Part shown: positions 57,310 through 64,000 of the stretch, piece after piece
Numbering within the stretch: the first letter of the stretch is position 1
Layout of the letters: every line of letters starts with the position of its first letter
Assembly: GCA_041740355.1 (NCBI GenBank)
Contig: JBGSMD010000046.1
Coordinates: 1-64,000 of the forward strand
DNA from: Bdellovibrionota bacterium
Lineage (GTDB): Bacteria > Bdellovibrionota_C > UBA2361 > CALJRW01
DNA length: 64,000 bases
Direction of reading: 5' to 3'
Notes under the pieces: generated by a model
Database searches by the model: none
What the model was told of the DNA's origin: nothing
What the model saw: the letters and a program-made list of their open reading frames with translations, nothing else
Translations under genes and position numbers: made by a program

Positions 57310-59400
57310 CTAAGAATTACAAGTTAACAGGCTATGTTTTCTCACTAAGAATGCCGTTAGGTATATTACCAGAGCAATTAGGATCAAGACTTTAAAGCCA
57401 TAAATCATGCTTGAAAATTCGAGAAGGCCACCGCAGACAGCCCCAAAAAGATTCCAGGCTAAGGCATGATCAGGATCAACTTTTGCTTTGAAACCTTGGG
57501 CAAAGCAGATGCCAGTAAAAAATATAGGCACCCCAACCAGTAGCAGGCTGAGAACAAGCTTAGTTGTCAGTCCTAAGTAGAGTAGTGATTCAAGCGGAAC
57601 AAGGTATACACAAAGGAGGGTTGCAAAAATGCCCCAAAAAGAAATTTTCCAATCAAGCTTAATTCGGTCAGCTAGTAATGTTGAAAGGAGAATCATCAGC
57701 AAAATAGAGGCGAAGACCACGGCACTAGTGATCCAAGTTGTTCCCCAAAGCAAGTTCATACTAACTACTGCCTGGCTTTCAAATAGAAGGAAGCCTAGGC
57801 CTAATAAGTACATTTCGTAATCTGGTTTAGTGATTTCACGTCTCGATATTCCAACATAGCGTGCGCAACCATAAATGCTGACTGCGGCTATCGCTAAAAT
57901 ACTGAGAATTATTTGCCAGTAGAAGCCGCTGATAGAATTTGAATTAAGATATAGATAAGGCCAATCGTCAGTTGGTAGTGCTATTGTGTCCAAATTAGCT
58001 AAGACTTTCTTGGTATCAATTTTAAACATGTCGGGCGCATCAATTTTAAGATTGTGAAAAGCTTTTCCCGCAAGATAGGCAACGTTAAACATTAAATAAT
58101 TCTGTTCAATTTTGTAAACATCCTCAAAACTTTGGGCTAGAATGCCCATCAACTTAATTTTTATTTTAGGGTCATGTACTGAGAAGTTCATAACGAGTCC
58201 GCCAGAATCTTTCATAACTCTTTTAACAGACTGAATGCTTTGTAAAGTGTAGATAAAGTTATCAAGTCGCACGTTTGAGAGCGCAGAAAGCTTGGTCATT
58301 GAATCAAGCGTTGCGAAAATGACTAGATCGTATTTTTTCTTTGTATTGTTAATGTAAGATCTAGCATCTGTAGTAATAACTCGAACATTCTCTGCTTGGT
58401 ATGGTCGATCAGGATGCAAGCGTCTTCCTATCTCTACGATTTCCGGATCTATTTCTACAGCATCAATATTTACTACTTGGTTTTGTAATGCTACTGCCAC
58501 ATCATTACCGTTTCCTGCTCCAATGATCAGTACATCCTTAAGTTGCTTGGAAATGTATTTATATGGACGGTGATAGCCAGTGCGTAGAAGCTGTTGTTCT
58601 GCTTGTTCCTGATTCTTGATCAGCTTCGGATCGATTAGTCCCATTGTTTGGAAAACCTGATGTTGCGAGCCATTTGTTAGGATTGCCCAAAAATTTTCAC
58701 TAAATTGTTTGATCTTCAATGCGTAATAGGGGCTATAGCTGTCAGCGCGCTCTGCGGTTGAGACTAGAGTAGTTGCAATCGCAAAAGTAAAAATTAATCC
58801 ATAAATGGAAGGTTTATTAAGGTCTGGTAATAATAAAAAGATTGTAACTATGCCAAACAGCAAGAACCAGTAAACTGGGAAGAGGCCGCTGAAACTGATT
58901 AATGCAAAAGTAATTACTCCCAGTAGAGACCCGGCGATATCCCAACAGTAACCTTTGAGCAGTTCTTCGCGTCGTGCAAATTGTTGCAGGGTTGAAGCAA
59001 GTTTTTGACCTAGGGGAATGAAGCAGATAGCTGAGAATATGAATAGGGCTATTAGCGGTAGATAGATGCCATTAATAGTAGGAGAGTCTTTAGGTAGGTC
59101 TTGGTAAAGTAGCCATAAAAACTCGTTAGGATTGTTATTCGAGATAATGCATTTTCCAAGAGTCACAGTTAAACTAACTAGCAATAATATGACTCCCCCT
59201 AGAAGCGACTTGACTACTTGAACCTTGCTCAGCAGCGCTCCAAGGCCGATTCCAAGAAATGCAGAGATTAGTACAAGGTTTGGGAAGTAGGCTACTACTC
59301 GAACCTGAGTAGGAATCCATCTAATGAAGCACATCTCAAGAAATAAAATTAGAAAAGATGTAAGGAAGACCGTTGCTGAAAGGGGGTATTTTTTCATCAT
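57310..59400 (-). CDS. Membrane-embedded spermidine-synthase-like / class I SAM-binding protein, paralog 2
   Basis: Same architecture as 17077..19128: AYFPNL, GAGNGND, VEIDP, DARSY, TLDSMT.LSALSN.RLDNF.YT, TDDWPYLY. Confidence 0.8.
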   Translation of the reverse strand: MMKKYPLSATVFLTSFLILFLEMCFIRWIPTQVRVVAYFPNLVLISAFLGIGLGALLSKVQVVKSLLGGVILLLVSLTVTLGKCIISNNNPNEFLWLLYQDLPKDSPTINGIYLPLIALFIFSAICFIPLGQKLASTLQQFARREELLKGYCWDIAGSLLGVITFALISFSGLFPVYWFLLFGIVTIFLLLPDLNKPSIYGLIFTFAIATTLVSTAERADSYSPYYALKIKQFSENFWAILTNGSQHQVFQTMGLIDPKLIKNQEQAEQQLLRTGYHRPYKYISKQLKDVLIIGAGNGNDVAVALQNQVVNIDAVEIDPEIVEIGRRLHPDRPYQAENVRVITTDARSYINNTKKKYDLVIFATLDSMTKLSALSNVRLDNFIYTLQSIQSVKRVMKDSGGLVMNFSVHDPKIKIKLMGILAQSFEDVYKIEQNYLMFNVAYLAGKAFHNLKIDAPDMFKIDTKKVLANLDTIALPTDDWPYLYLNSNSISGFYWQIILSILAIAAVSIYGCARYVGISRREITKPDYEMYLLGLGFLLFESQAVVSMNLLWGTTWITSAVVFASILLMILLSTLLADRIKLDWKISFWGIFATLLCVYLVPLESLLYLGLTTKLVLSLLLVGVPIFFTGICFAQGFKAKVDPDHALAWNLFGAVCGGLLEFSSMIYGFKVLILIALVIYLTAFLVRKHSLLTCNS

Positions 59401-60134
59401 ATGTATATAGAAAAAACGCTAAGACGTTTTTGCCTGTAGCGGATGTTTATGCTGTATTACTTCTGAAGATACTAAATCTATTCGTTGATCAGTCTAGATT
59501 AGAATACAGACTTTGGGGAGTTAAAAATATACTTTGAATTTAACATTTATCTTTGGCCGTGCTTCGCCTAGTGCTTTATGATTTCGCTTGGTAGTCGCTA
59601 TTTTTAAGAAACGATAGATACTAGTAATCAGGCAGTTCTAGCTTTGAGAGGCGATCCTACTGCAAAAATATAACTATTATTATCTATTCTTAAATGAGAA
59701 ATTTACAATATCATAGGGCTCAATAAAAAGTTTGTAACTATTAAGCTTTAATGAATGTTTTTATGAAGTATCTAGAAAAAATGTCACTAAGTATGTCAAT
59801 AATACTATTCGTTTTAATTTTGTCATCAGTAAGTTAAATATATAATTCAATTCAGCTTGTGCATAGTGAAGGTACTGAGTCACTATAATCGTAAGACAGG
59901 CGAGTATCATTGTCATATGAGAAAGAAAGATGGTGGCGATTGTCCGGCTTCGGTTGTATGAAAATCAAAAATTAGCAACCAATTGAAATTAAAGATAAGA
60001 GTAAAACTAATTAGTTAGGGATAAACTAGTAATTCAAAAGTTACCTAGCAGGGAGAAATGCTCAGAAATTTTTTACTTGAAGTTTTCAATATTATCTGTG
60101 AAGTTATGCTACTAAACTTCTAGGAATTAAGACT

Positions 60135-61253
60135 ATGTTAAAAGTTGTTCTCTTTGTGCTTCTAATTTTGCAGACAACAACAGTCTTAGCAGAGGTTGAA
60201 GTTGTTTCCGCATTTCCAAACTTAACATTTTCACAGATTGTAGATTTGCAAACAGCGAAGGACGGTAGCAACCGATTATTCGTCGTGCAAAAGACTGGGG
60301 AAATTTATTCCTTTTCTAACGACCCATTAACTAATTCCAAATCACTCTATTTGAGTATTAGTGATCGCGTAGCAACTAGTAGCGAACAAGGACTGCTGGG
60401 GTTAGCATTTCATCCCAAGTTTTTAAAGAATGGGTATTTCTATGTAAATTATACTAGAAAGTCTGATGGTGGAACCGTAATCGCGCGATTTCAAGAGATA
60501 GGTGGAATGGTTAATTTTGATAGTGAATTAATCATCCTGCGATTTGCACAGCCATTTAGTAATCATAATGGAGGTTCTCTAGCTTTCGGGCCCGATGGAT
60601 ATTTATACATTGCCTCTGGTGATGGAGGAAGTGGAGGCGACCCATTAAGAAAGGCTCAAGATAAAAAATCCTTATTGGGAAAAATTTTAAGAATAGATAT
60701 TGATCGAACTAAGGCACGACGTAATTATTTTATTCCTCCAACTAATCCATTTGTTGGAAACACCAAAGGATTTCGAAAAGAGATTTTTGCTTATGGACTT
60801 AGAAATCCTTGGAAAATGAGTTTTGATTTTGAGACCCGTAAATTGTGGGTAGGCGATGTTGGGCAAGCTAACATCGAAGAAATTAATATCATCCGTAATG
60901 GAGGAAATTATGGTTGGAGTTTATTTGAGGGGGAACAAGAATTTAATTGTATTGAACCAATATGCAGCCGTCGGGGCACAATTAAGCCTGTCTATTTTTA
61001 TGATCATTCGGTAGGTAGTTCTATCACTGGTGGATATGTTTATCGAGGTAGTCTTGTGCCTGAACTATATGGTAAATATATATATGCTGATTTTGCAAAC
61101 GGCAATATTTTCGCTTTGGGTAAGGAGGGAAAAAATATAGCTACCAGTCAAATAGCCGATACCGAGCTAGCAATTTCTAGTTTTGGGGTTGATCAGAATC
61201 AAGAGCTTTACATCTTAGATTATCGAACTAGTAAGATTTATCGATTTAATTAA
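60135..61253 (+). CDS. PQQ-dependent sugar dehydrogenase (GSDH beta-propeller)
   Basis: EQGLLGLAFHP, NHNGGSLAFGPDGYLY, GKILRID, AYGLRNPW, GDVGQ..EEIN, SITGGYVYRG. Confidence 0.92.
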   Translation: MLKVVLFVLLILQTTTVLAEVEVVSAFPNLTFSQIVDLQTAKDGSNRLFVVQKTGEIYSFSNDPLTNSKSLYLSISDRVATSSEQGLLGLAFHPKFLKNGYFYVNYTRKSDGGTVIARFQEIGGMVNFDSELIILRFAQPFSNHNGGSLAFGPDGYLYIASGDGGSGGDPLRKAQDKKSLLGKILRIDIDRTKARRNYFIPPTNPFVGNTKGFRKEIFAYGLRNPWKMSFDFETRKLWVGDVGQANIEEINIIRNGGNYGWSLFEGEQEFNCIEPICSRRGTIKPVYFYDHSVGSSITGGYVYRGSLVPELYGKYIYADFANGNIFALGKEGKNIATSQIADTELAISSFGVDQNQELYILDYRTSKIYRFN

Positions 61254-61594
61254 GAAGGACTTTTACTGAAAGTAAGCGGGTTTAAATTATAAAAGTTATC
61301 TAGAAGGACATCGAAACTAATCATAATTAATTTAAACTTTAGAAAATCTTTTTTTGTTGCTGTCATTTTTGAAAGTTGCATCACACCCCTTTGTAAATTG
61401 ACAGCTCTATAGCTTCAGGAATGCACCGCAGAGAACCTAGGTGCGCAACATAATTTGGCTTAAAAATTAGTTTTTATTGGGTTTGTTGGTAAACTGTAAA
61501 AAACTATTTGCACCTTTCTCTACCAAGCGATAGAATTTATCATTTTAAATAGTTTTAATAGAAGCTTTAATTCACCTAACTTTTAATCAAAAAT

Positions 61595-62524
61595 ATGCAT
61601 TTCTCTTTCAAAAAACAATTACTAAATTTCTTCATTTTATTTATCTCTGCCTTTCCTGTCCAGGCTCAAGTTTTCACCCCGATAGTCGCAAATTATGAAT
61701 GTGGTCAATTTCCAAATGGAGCTCAGTTTTTAGTTAGAAAAACTACTAATGGTTTTGAGTTAGTACGAACATCTGAGGTTAAAAATATTTATAAGAAAGA
61801 ACGTCGGATTATTACTCAAAGAGTTAAAACAATAAATGATGTACTTAAGGGTTTTGAGCAATCACGAATTACAAAAAAACAGCTGATTAAAGCTGCCAAT
61901 AAATTAGCAAAATTTTTAGGATTGGAAGCCCTCGAACAAGATATTCCACTAAGCGTAGCAGAGGTGGAAATTTTAAATTTTAAACAGAAATTACTAGATC
62001 GTGGTGCAATTCTTAAAACTATTGGTGAATTAATCGACGATTGCGAAAGTGGAATTAACCCAAAGCAGGGTAGGGGTACTCCAATTAGTGTTGGAATTGT
62101 ACCAATATCATTAGCATCTAGTAATACTATTTACGGTGGTTTTTTAATTCATTCATCAAAATTAAAAAATGAATTTTCAACTAAACCTACAGGTTACAAT
62201 GTTTGTCTTAAATTAGTATATCCAGATGGAAGTGTTGGAAGACTTTATACTGGCTTTGGGGATGATGAAGTTTGTGGAACTGGAACAAATAAATTTGAAG
62301 GAGTCCCTCAAAGTACCTGTGATGCCTTAATGCCCTTAAAACAGGTTGGTTATGTTATTCAGAAGCGGACCTATGCTTTTACCTCCTTGCCTGATGCTAC
62401 AACAGAACAACTCTTAGAAAATATGAGACTGGAAGTCTTGCAAGATCGACCGATGGTTGGGGTGATGGCATTCACATCCAATACCTCAAGAGATAGTCAA
62501 GTGAAAGCTTGCGAGGCATTCTAA
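61595..62524 (+). CDS. Secreted hypothetical protein
   Basis: Signal peptide ending VQA-Q, six Cys. No family recognised. Confidence 0.7.
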   Translation: MHFSFKKQLLNFFILFISAFPVQAQVFTPIVANYECGQFPNGAQFLVRKTTNGFELVRTSEVKNIYKKERRIITQRVKTINDVLKGFEQSRITKKQLIKAANKLAKFLGLEALEQDIPLSVAEVEILNFKQKLLDRGAILKTIGELIDDCESGINPKQGRGTPISVGIVPISLASSNTIYGGFLIHSSKLKNEFSTKPTGYNVCLKLVYPDGSVGRLYTGFGDDEVCGTGTNKFEGVPQSTCDALMPLKQVGYVIQKRTYAFTSLPDATTEQLLENMRLEVLQDRPMVGVMAFTSNTSRDSQVKACEAF

Positions 62525-62656
62525 GCTCAACCTGAGCATGAGTTTTTTCATCTTGTTTAGACTGTAAGAAAAAGAAAAGATCAGCTAACATGGAAAGGTC
62601 ACCTAAGTAAGTAGAATTTAAATAAAGGTTACTTTTTTATAATTGAAGTTTCTCCA

Positions 62657-64000
62657 GTGCTAAGTAAGTCCTCCACCATCTTCTTTTTGATTTTTAGTCT
62701 GATTGTCTTATTGGCAGGACAGGAAGCATTCTTTGGTGATCCCTATTTATATTGTGGATTAGTCGATCAGTGGCTCTTTCGAGGACAGGCAGGCTTGGCA
62801 TTAGATTCAAATTTACTTGCGCATGCTAATAAATACGGAGTTCTAAATTCCGCATATTGCATACCTGGACTTGCAGCAAAGTATTTTGTTAGTAATTTAG
62901 AATTTTCAAAATTTGTTGTAGCGATTTGGCCAGCCTTAATTTCAATTCTTTGCGCCTTTGGATTCACAAAAGCATTATCTTTAGTACGCCAAGAGTCGAG
63001 TAATAATTGGATTTTTTCGGGATTACTCTTACTAACGACTCCGTTAATTGTATACTCTCGCAATTATTATTCCGAAATTATTCAAGCAACACTATTAATT
63101 TGGGCGTATTACTTTTGGCTGCAATTCAAAATGACCGAAGTGCCTAAGCAGCGGTATTCTTTAATCAAGTTGACCTTGGCATGCTCATTATTAGTACTCT
63201 GCAAGTTATACTATCTATACTTAGTGGCCCTGCTTTTCCTAGCAATAATCAAGGACTATCGACAAAATTATTATAGAACCATTGGCACAGTTAGTATTGC
63301 TTCACTTTGCTTTTTACCAACTGTTGCTATTTTATTGTTGAGTAATTATTGGAAATTTGGTTCAGTAATTGGCATCGGATATAATTTGGAACGAGATCTT
63401 TCTTTGGGGTTTAATACTCCATTACTGACTGGGTTATATGGATTACTATTTTCTAGTGGAAAAGGAATAATTTGGTATGTGCCGGTATTAATTTTACTGC
63501 CATTTTTATTAGTTAGAGACTGGCTGGCAAGACGTGAGCAGGCTTGCGAAATTTTATTCATCACTACTCCACTCTTGATAATTATAGCTAGCTGGTGGGC
63601 TTGGCATGGGGATTGGGGCTGGGCACCACGTTTAATTGTCCCATTAATTCCTTTATGGATGTTATTACTGGGATCTATAAATTATACTTCAATTGCCCAG
63701 CGTTGGTTATTCGTGGTCTTTTGTCTATTTGGTGCGTTTATTAATTTTTCTGCAGTACTTATTAGTCCCATGTACTATTTTAAAATAATGACCCAAAAGT
63801 TTGAAAGCTTATTAGTTGGGAAGGATGTTCTACAAGATGGTGGGATTCTTTTACATTATGCCCCAGACTTTAGCCCAATTAAATTTCAATTATGGGCGAT
63901 TCAGTGCAAGTTAGCTGGCTCGTCATGTAATCCTAATTTACCATGGGAATATTTAAAAATTAAAGATTTAACTCTGGAACAAGTAGCTGCTCCGCAGTGG
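62657..64000 (+). CDS. GT-C fold membrane glycosyltransferase-like protein, 3'-truncated by the window edge (missing from the ORF track)
   Basis: Manual translation from the GTG at 62657 is open to the end (448 codons). Multi-TM, with YSRNYYSE, NYWKFGS, GLLFSSGKGIIWYVP and WWAWHGDWGWAPRLIVP. Confidence 0.78.
   Translation, partial: MLSKSSTIFFLIFSLIVLLAGQEAFFGDPYLYCGLVDQWLFRGQAGLALDSNLLAHANKYGVLNSAYCIPGLAAKYFVSNLEFSKFVVAIWPALISILCAFGFTKALSLVRQESSNNWIFSGLLLLTTPLIVYSRNYYSEIIQATLLIWAYYFWLQFKMTEVPKQRYSLIKLTLACSLLVLCKLYYLYLVALLFLAIIKDYRQNYYRTIGTVSIASLCFLPTVAILLLSNYWKFGSVIGIGYNLERDLSLGFNTPLLTGLYGLLFSSGKGIIWYVPVLILLPFLLVRDWLARREQACEILFITTPLLIIIASWWAWHGDWGWAPRLIVPLIPLWMLLLGSINYTSIAQRWLFVVFCLFGAFINFSAVLISPMYYFKIMTQKFESLLVGKDVLQDGGILLHYAPDFSPIKFQLWAIQCKLAGSSCNPNLPWEYLKIKDLTLEQVAAPQW

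Noticed and set aside
62767-63564. Minus-strand ORFs 62767..63063 and 63346..63564
   Set aside because: They are antisense shadows of the long plus-strand GT-C ORF starting at 62657.

Overview
AT-rich bacterial chromosomal window. The gene content (phoH-HD-ybeY, ruvX-mltG, pilQ next to accB/accC, ffs-dnaX-ybaB-recR) suggests a Deltaproteobacteria/Bdellovibrionota-like organism, which is an inference. It is mostly housekeeping and envelope genes: a NitT/TauT ABC transporter, four orphan LivJ-like binding proteins, two GT-C glycosyltransferases, two membrane-embedded spermidine-synthase-like SAM-binding proteins, a MoxR-DUF58-BatA-vWA locus, an M23 peptidase, MltG, two SLT transglycosylases, trxB, rnhA, mnmG, a stand-alone pilQ with two lipoproteins, SRP RNA and tRNA-Asn. 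No CRISPR array, integrase or transposase was seen. The most unusual signal is non-coding. A 204-bp structured element occurs twice (30905-31108 and 54366-54569, about 89% identical, with compensatory changes), and its central segment is complementary to both of its own ends. Several other palindromic repeat families are dispersed through the intergenic regions. dnaX carries an A10G recoding site, and an orphan sigma54-type promoter points at an unannotated small ORF or RNA.
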